Shown one piece after another: positions 18,064 to 31,168 of a stretch of DNA of 64,000 nucleotides. Made by a program: the position numbers and the translations under genes. Position 1 is the stretch's first letter; each line of letters begins with the position of its first letter. Source of the DNA: an uncultured Gemmatimonadales bacterium (GTDB taxonomy: Bacteria; Gemmatimonadota; Gemmatimonadetes; Gemmatimonadales; GWC2-71-9); NCBI GenBank assembly GCA_963779755.1, contig CAVZZO010000003.1, positions 128,001 to 192,000 on the forward strand, given 5' to 3'. The notes below the pieces were generated by a model. It was given only the letters and a program-made list of their open reading frames with translations. It searched no databases and was not told the DNA's origin.

Positions 18064-18680
18064 TGGCCCGGCAGGAGCCGCGACCCGCCCTCCCGGCCGG
18101 TCGGTCGCTGCACCACGATATGCGTGAAGTCGGGATCGGAGGTGAAGCCCTCGCCCTCCCAGTGATCGCCCCCGCCGTCCACCGTGAAGTGCTGGTCGGT
18201 GCTCACCTTGTTGGTCGCCGGATCGTAGCGGAGCACGGTGGTATGCAGCACCCGGCCGTCGGTCGAGGTCCCCACGACATGGCCTTCGGCGTGCATGGCG
18301 CCGTTCCGCGCCTGATAGACCCCGCTGTCGGCGGTGATCACGGAGGTGGGGCTGCCCTGCGAGTCGCCGAAGGTGACCTTCAGATTCCGCAGATGCACCT
18401 CCTGCACCTGGTTGAAAACCCAGGCGGTATCGGCCTCCACCAGCCCGCGCCGCACCCCGTTCTCGGTGATGTACTGGGAGGTTCCCAGCAGCATCTGGTC
18501 GGCGGAATCGGGGCTGGCGACGGTGGTGGTGGGGCGCACGCCGCCCTCGCCGCAGCCGGCGAGGCACACGGCGGCGAGGACAGCACCGAGGACCGCAAGA
18601 CGGCAAGACGGCAAGACGGCAAGACGCCGCGCACAGCCTGCCGTCCTGCTGTCCTGCCGTTCTGCCGTCCTGGAATTCAT
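18060..18680 (-). CDS. lptC: LPS export periplasmic protein LptC
   Basis: Lipobox-like LAGC, VITADSG..GAMHAEGHVVG..LHTTVLRYD..WEGEGFTSD; follows kdsD. Confidence 0.85.
   Translation of the reverse strand: MNSRTAERQDSRTAGCARRLAVLPSCRLAVLGAVLAAVCLAGCGEGGVRPTTTVASPDSADQMLLGTSQYITENGVRRGLVEADTAWVFNQVQEVHLRNLKVTFGDSQGSPTSVITADSGVYQARNGAMHAEGHVVGTSTDGRVLHTTVLRYDPATNKVSTDQHFTVDGGGDHWEGEGFTSDPDFTHIVVQRPTGREGGSRLLPGQ
18593..18672. repeat. Octamer tandem/inverted repeat (GGCAAGAC x4; CTGCCGTC x4) within the lptC 5' end
   Basis: gcaagacggcaagacggcaagacggcaagacg ... ctgccgtcctgctgtcctgccgttctgccgtcc. Confidence 0.88.
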
Positions 18681-19648
18681 ACCGCCCCCGCTCGCATCAG
18701 GTCATGCAGATGTACGACGCCCACGAGGCGGTCCTTCTCGTCCAGCACCGGCAGGGCCATGATGCCGTGCCGCTCCATGGTGCCGACCGCGCTCGCCGCC
18801 AGCTCGTCGGCACGGGCGGTCCGGGGGCTGCGGGTCATGACCGACCCGGCCTCGCGCTCCAGGAAGGCGTCCGCCTGCTCCACCAGCCGGGTGAGGTCGC
18901 CGGCGGTGATGACCCCCAGCAGGCACTCCCGGCTTCCCACGCAGACGATGCCGCGATGGCGGGCCAGGGCCATGACGCCCTCGCGCATGGTGGCATCCTC
19001 GGCCAGCAGGGCGAAGTCCGGCAGCATGACGTCGCGGACCTTGAGGCTCAGCTTGGTCCCCAGCCGGCCGCCCGGATGCAGCGCCGCGAAATCCTCCGCC
19101 CGGAAGCCCTTGGCCTCCATCAGCGCGATCGCCAGGGCATCGCCCAGGGCGAGCGCCACCGTGGTGCTGGCGGTCGGGGCAAGGTCGTGCGGGCAGGCCT
19201 CTTCGCTGACGCCGGCATCCAGCGCCAGGGTGGCGGCCCGGCCCAGGAAGCTCTCCGGCCGCCCGGTGATGGCGATGACCGGCACTTTCATCCGCTGCAG
19301 CGACCCCAGCAACCCGAACAGCTCCTGCGATTCGCCGCTCTTGCTCAGCACGATGGCGACGTCCTCCGGGCTCACCAGGCCCAGGTCGCCGTGCAGGCTG
19401 TCCACCGGGTGGAGGAAGCTGGCCGGCGTACCGGTGGAGGTGAGGGTGGCGGCGATCTTCCGGGCGATGAGGCCGCTCTTCCCCACCCCGGCCACGATGA
19501 CGCGGCCGCGCGCCGCGCGCAGCAACTCCACTGCGCCATCGAACGCCGGCCCCAGCCGCTCCTGGGCGGCCAGGATCTCCCGCGCCTCGAGGCGCAGCAC
19601 GCGGCGGCCGGTTTCGGCCGCCCGCACCAGCTCAGGCCGCGTCGTCAC
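18677..19648 (-). CDS. kdsD: Arabinose-5-phosphate isomerase (KpsF/GutQ family)
   Basis: GVGKSGLIARKIAATLTSTGTP, HGDLG, HPGGRLG and C-terminal CBS domains. Confidence 0.95.
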   Translation of the reverse strand: MTTRPELVRAAETGRRVLRLEAREILAAQERLGPAFDGAVELLRAARGRVIVAGVGKSGLIARKIAATLTSTGTPASFLHPVDSLHGDLGLVSPEDVAIVLSKSGESQELFGLLGSLQRMKVPVIAITGRPESFLGRAATLALDAGVSEEACPHDLAPTASTTVALALGDALAIALMEAKGFRAEDFAALHPGGRLGTKLSLKVRDVMLPDFALLAEDATMREGVMALARHRGIVCVGSRECLLGVITAGDLTRLVEQADAFLEREAGSVMTRSPRTARADELAASAVGTMERHGIMALPVLDEKDRLVGVVHLHDLMRAGAV

Positions 19649-20182
19649 CGCGATCCCGGAGATACCGTTTCACCTCCTCGGGCCACGCACCGCGGGCCCG
19701 CAGAATGGCCTCGACCGCTTCCCGTACCGCGCCGGCGCCACCGCTCGCCTGGGTGATGTAGGCCGCGCACGCTTTCACCTCCGGTACCGCATTCGCCACC
19801 GCGATCGGCAGGCCGACGCGGCGAAGCAGGGGCACATCGGCCAGATCATCGGCCACGAAGGCAACGTCGTCCCAGTCGATCCCGCGGCGCTGGAGCAGTT
19901 CCTGCATCGCCGGCAGCTTGGCGGCGCTGTCCACCTGGATCAGCTCGTCGGGCTTCAACTCCGCGGCCCGGAGATTGGTGGCCGGCGACTGCCGCCCGCT
20001 GAGCCAGACGACCGGCATACCGGTCTGGCGCAGAATGGTGAGCCCCAGGCCGTCCTGGATGTCGAAGCGTTTGAACTCGACCCGCTGGCCGTTCACCTCG
20101 CCGATATACACGGCGTTATCGGTGAGGACCCCGTCCACGTCGAGCCCCAGGAGCCGGATGCGGGCCGCCACCGCGGGGTCGA

Positions 20183-20186
<4 letters not shown>
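19632..20186 (-). CDS. kdsC: KDO 8-phosphate phosphatase (HAD)
   Basis: LDVDGVLTD, FDIQDG, DDLADVP, GGAGAVRE. Confidence 0.93.
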
Positions 20187-22677
<2,491 letters not shown>

Positions 22678-23421
22678 TCACCGATGAAGTGAATGCCAGT
22701 GTTGTTCGGCCTGCCGCAGATCGTCCGGGGTATCCACGCCCGGGGGAACCGGCTGCGACAGCCGCGCCACCCCGATGGTCAATCCGTGTTGCAGGGCGCG
22801 CAGCTGTTCCAGCTGCTCCGCCCGTTCCGCGTCGGTAGGCGGCAGCGCCACCCACCGTTGCAGCGCCTCGCGGGCATAGACATAGAGCCCGATATGCTGC
22901 CAGTAGAGTCCGTCGGCCGGGACGTTCGCGTCGCGCCGGTGCGGAATGACCGCCCGGGAGAAGTAGAGCGCCCGCCCATCGGTGCCCAGTACCACTTTCA
23001 CCCGGGCCGGATCCTCCACCTGCGCGGCGGGCAGCGGGGCGGCGGCGGTGCCCACGGCATCGCCCGATCGCACCCGCGCGACCGCCCCTTCCAGGGCTTC
23101 GCGCGTGAGAAACGGCTCGTCGCCCTGAATGTTGGCGATGACGTCGTACTCGGCGAATTCCCGCCGGCTCGCCACCTCGGCCACACGCTCGGTGCCCGAG
23201 GCATGTTCCGGGCTGGTGAGCACCACCGGGATCCCCGTCCGCTCGACCACCCTGGCGACCATCGAACTGTCGGTGGCCACGACCAGGTGATCCACCAGAC
23301 CATGCTCCTGGACGCGCTCGACTACCCGGGTCACCAGGGGCTCACCGGCCAGTAATTGCAGCGGTTTATTGGGGAGTCTGGTGGAACCCAGACGGGCCGG
23401 AACAACGCCTAGGATGCGCAC
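22678..23421 (-). CDS. kdsB: 3-deoxy-manno-octulosonate cytidylyltransferase
   Basis: PARLGSTRLPNKPL, SGTER, NIQGDEP, EQLEQLRAL. Confidence 0.96.
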   Translation of the reverse strand: MRILGVVPARLGSTRLPNKPLQLLAGEPLVTRVVERVQEHGLVDHLVVATDSSMVARVVERTGIPVVLTSPEHASGTERVAEVASRREFAEYDVIANIQGDEPFLTREALEGAVARVRSGDAVGTAAAPLPAAQVEDPARVKVVLGTDGRALYFSRAVIPHRRDANVPADGLYWQHIGLYVYAREALQRWVALPPTDAERAEQLEQLRALQHGLTIGVARLSQPVPPGVDTPDDLRQAEQHWHSLHR

Positions 23422-23426
23422 GACCA

Positions 23427-23455
23427 AAGCTAATGTGCGGCCGGGTCGCTGTCAA
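23427..23455 (-). promoter_or_regulatory. Sigma-70-type promoter for the kdsB-pyrG-kdsA-lpt-rpoN operon (probably leaderless)
   Basis: TTGACA-17 bp-TAGCTT, 5 nt before the GTG start, with no SD. Confidence 0.7.
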
Positions 23456-23522
23456 AATGCGTGCCGGAATGATCGGCGCGTTAGGGGCGGCCTGTAACGG
23501 CAGCACTCCTAATGCTTTAGCA

Positions 23523-23617
23523 CGAGGGACCAGGGAGCAGGAATCAGGGATCGAGGACCGGGCGAAGCCGCATCTCGATGCTTAGTCTGACTCCTGGTTC
23601 CTGATCCCTGGTCCCTC
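23523..23617. repeat. Heptamer tandem/inverted repeat element (CAGGRAN family)
   Basis: CAGGGAG CAGGAAT CAGGGAT CGAGGAC ... CTGACTC CTGGTTC CTGATCC CTGGTCC. Confidence 0.8.
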
Positions 23618-24290
23618 CTACGGCTTCGGCGGCGCGGGCGGCGCTTGCGGCACCCCGTTCGCCCGCTGAATCGAGTCCACCTGGTGCTGCACCGCCTGGC
23701 GGATGGAATCCCCCATCCTGCGGCTCGCTTCGCCCATGCGGCGGCCCATTTCGGCCATGGAGTCGGCCATCTGGCGCAGCGCGGCCGTATCCACCGGCAT
23801 CGAGTCGTTGACCCAGACCCGGGGGGAGCGGGCCTTGCTCCTGCGCAGGTCGGCAATCACCCGGTCGGGCAGCAGCAGCGGATAGCTCTGATCCGCGATC
23901 GCGACCTCGCCATAGGGCGCCAGGCCGGCGGTATCGCCCTTCACGCATTCGAAGCTGGAGTGTTCGTCGAAGTGCTCCACGTCGTTCACGGCGAAGCTGC
24001 ACCCCTGGAGCTGGTCGGTGGAGACGCTATCGTCCAACTTTGCCCAGATCTTCACGCTGGAGATAACTTTGGGGGTCTCCCGCTCCAGCCGGACCCGCTC
24101 GATGCTCCCCAGCCGCTGATTGTTCAGCCGGAAGGGCAGCACCCCGAAGGGAATGGGGAACTCCAGCGGCGATGCCGTCTCCTTCACGACGTGGACCTTG
24201 TGCCGAACGCTATGAAACGCGGCGACGATGAGCATGCCGAGCCCGAAGATGGCCACGGCGCCCAGCACGATCTTGAGCCAGTAAGTGCGC

Positions 24291-24292
<2 letters not shown>
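23618..24292 (-). CDS. Hypothetical N-terminally membrane-anchored protein
   Basis: MRTYWLKIVLGAVAIFGLGMLIVAAF TM anchor; GGAGAGG RBS upstream of ATG 24292. Confidence 0.75.
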
Positions 24293-25060
<768 letters not shown>

Positions 25061-25064
<4 letters not shown>

Positions 25065-26770
25065 TCGGGGCGTTTCTCTACCTCACCGGCCGGACCCTCT
25101 CCCACCGGCTCGCCCGGCAAGTCCGCCGGTTGCGCGAACCACGCTATCTCGTCGCGATCGTGGTCGGTGGATTCTACCTGTACTACTTCCTGGTCCGTCC
25201 ACGTGATGACAGCACCAACCGGGCGCTGGTGACTTCCAGCTGGCTGCCGCTGGTGGCACTGGCCGGATTGCTTGCGGCGGTGGTCCGGTGGTGGGTCTTC
25301 GGCAGCGACCGCACGGCCCTCGCCTTCTCGCCGGCCGAGGTGCAGTTCCTCTTCCCGGCGCCCATCAGCCGCCGCTCGCTGCTCCGCTGGAAGCTGCTCC
25401 GGCTACAGGTGGTCATCCTGCTCAACACGCTGATCTGGGCCCTGCTGCTGCGCCGGGGGGAGGCTCCGGAGGGCATGGGGTACTATCTGGCGGCGATCTA
25501 CGTGGTCTTCGCCACGCTGAGCCTGCACCGGCTGGGAGCCTCGCTGGCCCGGGCCGGCCTGCGCCAGCACGCCGGATCGGCGGCGCGGGGACAGCTGCTG
25601 CCGGCTGGGCTGGTGCTGGCCGCCAGCCTGGTGCTGATCACCGCGCTGGTCCGGCACTGGACGGCGCTCGCCACCAGCGTTGGAACCGGCCACTTCGGAG
25701 AGGCGGTCCAGGCGCTTCTCTCCGTGCCGGCGGTAGCGGTCGTGCTGTGGCCTTTCCGGGCGCTGCTGGCGCCGGTGTTCGCCACCGGCCACGAGGCCTG
25801 GCTTCGCGCCATGGGGCCGGCGTTGGGCCTCCTGGCGCTCCATTATCTCTGGGTCATGCGCTCCGATGCCGCCTTCGAGGAGGCGGCGCTGGCCGCCTCC
25901 GCGGAGCGGGCGCGCCGGCTGGAGGCCGTCCGCCAGGGCTACCGGGTGGCGCCCGCCCGCGCCCCGGGCTCCAGCCGTCCCGCCTGGTTCCCACTGCGAC
26001 CCACCGGGTGGCCCGGCAGCGCCTTTCTCTGGAAGAATACCGTCGCCGCCACCCGCAACCTGCGGCCGATGGTCATCGCCGTCCCCTTTGTCGCCGCAGC
26101 CGTGGTCATGGGGAGCGGCTCTGCCTTCAGCCGCGGCGGCTGGGCCCAGGCCGCCGGCCTCATTGGCCTCTTGCTGGCGGCCATGCTGCTCTTCTTCGGC
26201 CCGGTGTGGATTCGCAACGATCTCCGCAGCGATCTGGCGCGTCTGGATCTCCTGCGCAGCTACCCGCTGAGGGGCCGCACCATCGCCGCCGGGGAAATCG
26301 CGGCCTCCGTGGTGCTGCTGACTTCCCTGGAGCTGGCCCTGCTGCTGCTGGCCTTTCTGGCGTTCCTGGGCAGCGACGTGCCCGGGTTTCCCCTGAGCCA
26401 GCGGGCCGGTGCGCTGGTTCTCGCCATCGGGCTGCTGCCGGGCCTCAACGCCCTGACGCTGACCTTGCAGAATGCCGCTGCCCTGCTCTTCCCGGACTGG
26501 ATCAACGCCTGGGGGGTGAAGGGCGGCGGCGTGGAAACGATGGGCCAGAACGTGGTTACCATGACGCTGTCCCTGCTGCTCACCCTGCTCGGAGCGCTGG
26601 GCCCGCTCCTGGCCGGCGGCCTCGCAATGGGCGCGCTGTATCCGCTGCTGGGGCGCTGGGCCGCGGTGCCCGCCGCCGTGATCGCGCTGGCGGCGGCGGG
26701 ACTGGAGCTGTACCTCCTGCTGTTGTCCGTAGGGAGGATCTTTGATCGAAGCAACACATATGAAGCCTGA
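25061..26770 (+). CDS. Putative ABC exporter permease
   Basis: Multi-TM with FSPAEVQFLFPAPISR motif; ATGA overlap with the ATPase gene. Confidence 0.85.
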
Positions 26771-26898
26771 CCGTCCCGGCCGGCCCGCACCCGGCGGTGA
26801 GTCCAGTCACGGTGAAATCCGGCGCTTCGCCGTACACTCGTACTGCGGCCGTCACAGGACGGCCGTTCCAATAGCAACGATACGAGTGGGAGGTTCAT

Positions 26899-27390
26899 AT
26901 GACGATAGGATCCCTGCAGGAACTGCTGGTGGATCATCTGCGTGACATGTACAACGCCGAGAAGCAGCTGGTCGGCGCCCTGCCGAAGATGGCCGAACAT
27001 TCCGCGTCCAGTGATCTTCGGAGCGCCTTCGAACAGCACCTGAAGGTGACCGAGGGCCAGGTGCGGCGGCTGGAGCAGGTGTTCAACCAGATGGGGGTGC
27101 CCGTGAAGGGGAAGCGCTGCGCCGGCATGGAGGGCCTCGTGGAAGAGGCCAGCGAGTTCCTGGACGGCAATCTCTCCGATGAAGTCCGGGATGCCGCGCT
27201 CATCAGCGCCGCGCAGAAGGTGGAGCATTATGAGATCTCCGCCTATGGCACCGCCTGCACCTGGGCGGACGAGCTCGGCCTCAAGGAAGTGAAGAACCTG
27301 CTGCACGAATCGCTGGAGGAGGAGCGGGAGGCGGACGAAACGCTGACCGACATCGCCGAGGCGAGCGTGAACGAGAAGGCGGAGCAGTAG
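26899..27390 (+). CDS. Ferritin-like DUF892 (YciE/YciF) protein
   Basis: LRDMYNAEKQL..ALPKMA, AAQKVEHYEISAYGT. Confidence 0.93.
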   Translation: MTIGSLQELLVDHLRDMYNAEKQLVGALPKMAEHSASSDLRSAFEQHLKVTEGQVRRLEQVFNQMGVPVKGKRCAGMEGLVEEASEFLDGNLSDEVRDAALISAAQKVEHYEISAYGTACTWADELGLKEVKNLLHESLEEEREADETLTDIAEASVNEKAEQ

Positions 27391-27411
27391 GAGCTCGAAG
27401 GCTTCCGGGAG

Positions 27412-27484
27412 CCCTCGACCTCCTCGACCCTCTCGACCTCTCATGCAGGTCGAGGTGGTCGAGAGGGCTGAGATGGTCGAGGTC
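27412..27484. repeat. Nonamer tandem/inverted repeat (CTCGACC core) between convergent genes
   Basis: ccctcgacc tcctcgacc ctctcgacc ... ggtcgaggt ggtcgagag ... ggtcgagg; may serve as a bidirectional terminator. Confidence 0.85.
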
Positions 27485-27490
27485 TAATTT

Positions 27491-28408
27491 CTAGCCCCTC
27501 GGATGGTACTGCTTGTGCACCGACCGGAGATACTCCCGGTCCACATGGGTATAGAGCTGGGTCGTGCTGAGGTCGGCATGGCCCAGCATCTCCTGGACGG
27601 CCCGGAGGTCGGCGCCGCCTTCCAGGAGATGGGTAGCGAAACTGTGCCGGAGAGTGTGAGGCGTCACCCGCTTCCTGATGCCGGCGGCCTTGGCCCAGCG
27701 CTTGACGATGCCCCATGCGCCCACCCGTGAGAGCGGCTGGCCGCGGGCGTTGAGCAGGACGCGATTCTGGGATTTCCCCCGGTCCAGCTCGGAGCGCAGG
27801 GTGTGGAGATACACCGAGACGGTTCCGATCACCGGACGGCCCACCGGCACCAGCCGCTCCTTGCTGCCCTTCCCGAACACCCGCACCAGGCCTTCCTCCA
27901 GCAACAGGTCGCCCCGCGTCATCCCGCAGAGCTCGGAGACCCGGAGCCCTGCCCCGTAGCCCAGTTCCAGCAGGGTGCGGTCGCGCCAGGCCATGGGTTC
28001 CTCGATACCCGGCGCGCCCAGCAGCGCTTCGATTTCCTTGACGGTCAGCACCGCCGGCAGAGTCCGGCCGGGGCGCGGCGCCTCCAGCTGCTCGCTGGGA
28101 TCGTCCCGGCAAAGGCCTTCGCCGGCCAGGAAGCCATAGTAGGTCCGCACGGCGGACACTTGCCGCCGGATGCTGGCGGGGCTCAAACCCAGGTCCTTCA
28201 GGGAGAATACGAATTTCCGCAGCTGGCTCCGGCTCACGTTCGCCGGATCGCCGACGCCAGACAGTTCGAGGAACCTCGCCAGCCGCCGGAGGTCGCGCAG
28301 GTAGGCTACGATGGTATTCGGACTGTGGCCCGCTTCCAGCGCCAGATAGTCCTGGAACAACTCCAGGTAGAAGGCGCGGTCCAGCGCCGAGGGGGCGTCA
28401 GTCTTCAT
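27491..28408 (-). CDS. xerD: Tyrosine recombinase XerD
   Basis: SPNTIVAYLRDL, GLRVSEL, GKGSKERLVP, HTLRHSFATHLLEGGADLRAVQEMLGHADLSTTQLYTHV. Confidence 0.93.
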   Translation of the reverse strand: MKTDAPSALDRAFYLELFQDYLALEAGHSPNTIVAYLRDLRRLARFLELSGVGDPANVSRSQLRKFVFSLKDLGLSPASIRRQVSAVRTYYGFLAGEGLCRDDPSEQLEAPRPGRTLPAVLTVKEIEALLGAPGIEEPMAWRDRTLLELGYGAGLRVSELCGMTRGDLLLEEGLVRVFGKGSKERLVPVGRPVIGTVSVYLHTLRSELDRGKSQNRVLLNARGQPLSRVGAWGIVKRWAKAAGIRKRVTPHTLRHSFATHLLEGGADLRAVQEMLGHADLSTTQLYTHVDREYLRSVHKQYHPRG

Positions 28409-29477
28409 GTGCCGTGTCTCTCACCTTGACCCGCTGCCGCACCGCCTCCAGAGCCGGCCGGCCGACTCCCAGCAGCAGGCCCGCGCGCTCCATCAGGCGC
28501 ATCTCCTTCCCTTCCAGAATGCCGTCCCGCAGCGCCACGCGCCACAGCCGTTCCAGCAGCGCCACGCGCTCCGGCAGCAGGAAATCGCGATCGACCCGCT
28601 GGGCCATGTCCAGCAACCGGCCGCGGCCCGCCTCCCCTCCGGCCGTCTGGATCTCTTCCTCCGAGGCGCCCCAGCATTCCCGGAGATACCCGGTGACCGT
28701 CCCGATCTCCTCCGGCGTCAGCGTCTCGTCGCTCCGGGCCAGCTCGGCCAGCAGGGTGGCCGCCGCCGCCATGATGGGCTTGTCGCCGGCCGATGCCGGG
28801 TCGGCCGCCGTCACCTGCCGTCCGAACGCCTCCTCGATGGTGCGCCACAACGCCTGGCCCGGGGTACGCCGGCGCCGCCGGCGCCGGAGCAGATACCAGA
28901 GCGTCCCCGCCAACGCCAGGACCAGCAGCAGCCCGCCGAGCGCGCGATTCGCCTGGCCGATGATCCGCACGATGGTGGACCACTCGGAGCCGAGATAGGC
29001 GCCCAGCGCGACCAGTCCGCCGTACCACAGGCCCGAGGCCAGGGCCATCGGCACCAGCGCCCGCACCGGCCCCAGATTCACCAGGCCGGCAAAGGGGGCG
29101 ACAATGGAGCGCACGCCCGGCAGCAGCCGCAGGACGAAAATGCCCACGACACCGAAGCGGAGATAGCCCCGCTCGATGGTGGCGACCGCCTCGGGCGACA
29201 GCAGCATCCGCCCGATCCGACCCTGGAAAGCGCCCCGACCGTAGCGGCGGGCGAGCAGATACACCAGCGCCGCCCCGGCGACGCTGAAGCACCAGGTGAT
29301 GAGGAAGACGGTAAGCGGGCTGGTGGTGCCGCGGTGCGAGAGAAACGCCCCCAGTGCGACGACGACGTCGGAGGGCGAGGGCGGCAGGATGTTTTCCAGC
29401 AGGGCCGCGATCGCGATGGCGGTGTAGATCGCGGGCGCCGGGAGCCCGGCCAGCCAGTTCAGGAAGTGCTCGATCAG
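28398..29477 (-). CDS. DedA-family membrane protein fused to a C-terminal TerB-like domain (probable CTG start)
   Basis: The frame is open upstream of the ORF-track GTG and reads IEHFLNWL..ENILPPSPSDVVVALG (DedA). C-terminus AAATLLAELARSD..LLERLWRVALRDGILEGKE..LLGV is TerB-like. Confidence 0.8.
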   Translation of the reverse strand: MIEHFLNWLAGLPAPAIYTAIAIAALLENILPPSPSDVVVALGAFLSHRGTTSPLTVFLITWCFSVAGAALVYLLARRYGRGAFQGRIGRMLLSPEAVATIERGYLRFGVVGIFVLRLLPGVRSIVAPFAGLVNLGPVRALVPMALASGLWYGGLVALGAYLGSEWSTIVRIIGQANRALGGLLLVLALAGTLWYLLRRRRRRRTPGQALWRTIEEAFGRQVTAADPASAGDKPIMAAAATLLAELARSDETLTPEEIGTVTGYLRECWGASEEEIQTAGGEAGRGRLLDMAQRVDRDFLLPERVALLERLWRVALRDGILEGKEMRLMERAGLLLGVGRPALEAVRQRVKVRDTAHED

Positions 29478-30025
29478 CGGACCGCCTCGAGGGTGGCAAC
29501 CGCGAAGGCGGCCATCCCTTCGCCCCGTCCGGTGAACCCCATGCCTTCGTTCGTCTTGGCCTTGACGCTCACCGCCCCGGCTTCCACCCCCAGCAGGCCG
29601 GCGATGGCCGCGGCCATCGGCTCCAGGTACGCGGCCAGCCGGGGTCGCTCGGCCAGCACGGTGATATCGGCCTGCACCGCGCGATACCCGCGCGAGCGCA
29701 CATGGGTGTGGGCCTCACGCAGCAACCCCATGCTGTCGGCGTTCTTCCAGCGGGGATCGGTATCCGGGAAGAGGCTGCCGATATTACCCGCAGCGGCACC
29801 GCCCAGAATGGCATCGGTCAGCGCATGGGCGACGATATCGGCATCGCTGTGGCCCTGGAGTCCCAGCTCGAACGGAATTACCTGGCCCGCAAGAATCAAC
29901 GGCCGCCCGGGAACCAGGCGGTGGGAATCGTAGCCGAATCCGGTGCGGACGGACAGGCGGGAGGGCGGGAGGGCGGGAGGCGCCTCCCTTCCCACCTTCC
30001 CGCCTTCCTGCCCGTCTGCCGTCAC
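29474..30025 (-). CDS. ispF: 2-C-methyl-D-erythritol 2,4-cyclodiphosphate synthase
   Basis: RTGFGYDSHRL, GHSDADIVAHALTDAILG, KAKTNEGMG; N-terminus is repeat-derived. Confidence 0.95.
   Translation of the reverse strand: MTADGQEGGKVGREAPPALPPSRLSVRTGFGYDSHRLVPGRPLILAGQVIPFELGLQGHSDADIVAHALTDAILGGAAAGNIGSLFPDTDPRWKNADSMGLLREAHTHVRSRGYRAVQADITVLAERPRLAAYLEPMAAAIAGLLGVEAGAVSVKAKTNEGMGFTGRGEGMAAFAVATLEAVR
29951..30022. repeat. Octamer tandem/inverted repeat (GGCGGGAG family) within the ispF 5' end
   Basis: ggcgggagggcgggagggcgggagg ... cttcccaccttcccgccttcctgcccgtctgcc. Confidence 0.8.
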
Positions 30026-31077
30026 GCGGCGACCGGTTCTTCGATATACGAGTAATCCTGCCGCCGGCGCCGCACCTCAAAGCCGGCATCCCGGATGGAG
30101 CGCTCCATCTCCTCGATGGTGGCGCGATAGGTGGTGCCGGCGGCGCTTACCACGTTCTCTTCCATCATCAGGCTGCCGAAGTCGTTGGCGCCGAAGCGCA
30201 ACGCCACCTGCCCCACCTTGAGCCCCATGGTCACCCAGGAGGACTGCAGGTTGGGGATGTTGTGGCAGATGATCCGTCCCAGCGCCAGCGTCCGCAGGTA
30301 AGTGACGGCGTCGGTCTTGGGCATATGCGCCAGCTCGGTTCCTTCGGGCTGGAGCGGCCAGCAGATGAACGCAGTGAAGCCGCCAGTACGCGCCTGCACG
30401 TCGCGGATGCGCAACAGATGCTCCACCCGGTCGGCATCGCTCTCGCCCAGGCCGTACATCATGGTCACCGAGGTCTTCATGCCTTGCCGGTGAGCCTCCT
30501 CCTGCACGCCGAGCCAGGCATCGGTCTGCGCCTTCTTCTTCGCGACCTGCTCCCGGACCGCATCCACCAGGATCTCCCCGCCCCCGCCGGGGATGCTGTC
30601 CAGCCCGGCCGCCTTGAGCTCGCGGACCACCTCGGAGACCGTCAACCCGAAGCGCTGGGAGAAGAACACGACCTCGGAGGGCGAGAACCCGTGAATGTGG
30701 ATGGGATGATGCTGCTTGATGTAACGCATCAGGTCCAGATACCACTCGAACGGGATATACGGGTTGTGCCCGCCCTGCAGCAGGATCTGCACACCGCCCA
30801 GCGCCCGGCACTCGTCGATCTTGGCGCCGATCTCCTCATAGCTCAGCACGTAACCTTCAAGATCACGGGGACGGCGGTAGAACGCGCAGAACTTGCAGTC
30901 GGCAACGCAGACGTTGGTGTAGTTGATATTCCGGTCGATGATATAGGTGACCACCGGGTCCGGATGCAGCCGCCAGCGCTCGGCGTCGGCCAGGCGACCC
31001 AGCTCCAGCAGGTCGGCCCGCTGGTAGAGGTCGAGATACTCCTTGAACTCGGCGGAACTACGGTCGATTATCGTCAT
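30022..31077 (-). CDS. mqnC: Cyclic dehypoxanthinyl futalosine synthase (radical SAM)
   Basis: IIDRNINYTNVCVADCKFCAF, GGGGEIL, GANDFGSLMMEENVVSAAG; in the mqn cluster. Confidence 0.93.
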   Translation of the reverse strand: MTIIDRSSAEFKEYLDLYQRADLLELGRLADAERWRLHPDPVVTYIIDRNINYTNVCVADCKFCAFYRRPRDLEGYVLSYEEIGAKIDECRALGGVQILLQGGHNPYIPFEWYLDLMRYIKQHHPIHIHGFSPSEVVFFSQRFGLTVSEVVRELKAAGLDSIPGGGGEILVDAVREQVAKKKAQTDAWLGVQEEAHRQGMKTSVTMMYGLGESDADRVEHLLRIRDVQARTGGFTAFICWPLQPEGTELAHMPKTDAVTYLRTLALGRIICHNIPNLQSSWVTMGLKVGQVALRFGANDFGSLMMEENVVSAAGTTYRATIEEMERSIRDAGFEVRRRRQDYSYIEEPVAA

Positions 31078-31102
31078 CGTGGCTCGCTTCCGGTTCCTTG
31101 TT

Positions 31103-31165
31103 CCGTGAGACGTGAGGCGTCGGGGCGGTGCCGCCTCACGTCTTACGTCTCACGCCTTACGCATC
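31103..31165. repeat. Heptamer tandem/inverted repeat (CGTGAGR / YCTYACG family)
   Basis: cgtgaga cgtgagg cg ... cctcacg tcttacg tctcacg ccttacg. Confidence 0.85.
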
Positions 31166-31168
31166 ATC

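Noticed and set aside
27491..28408. Phage or mobile-element integrase
   Set aside because: The sequence matches housekeeping XerD and sits in a core operon with no mobile cargo.
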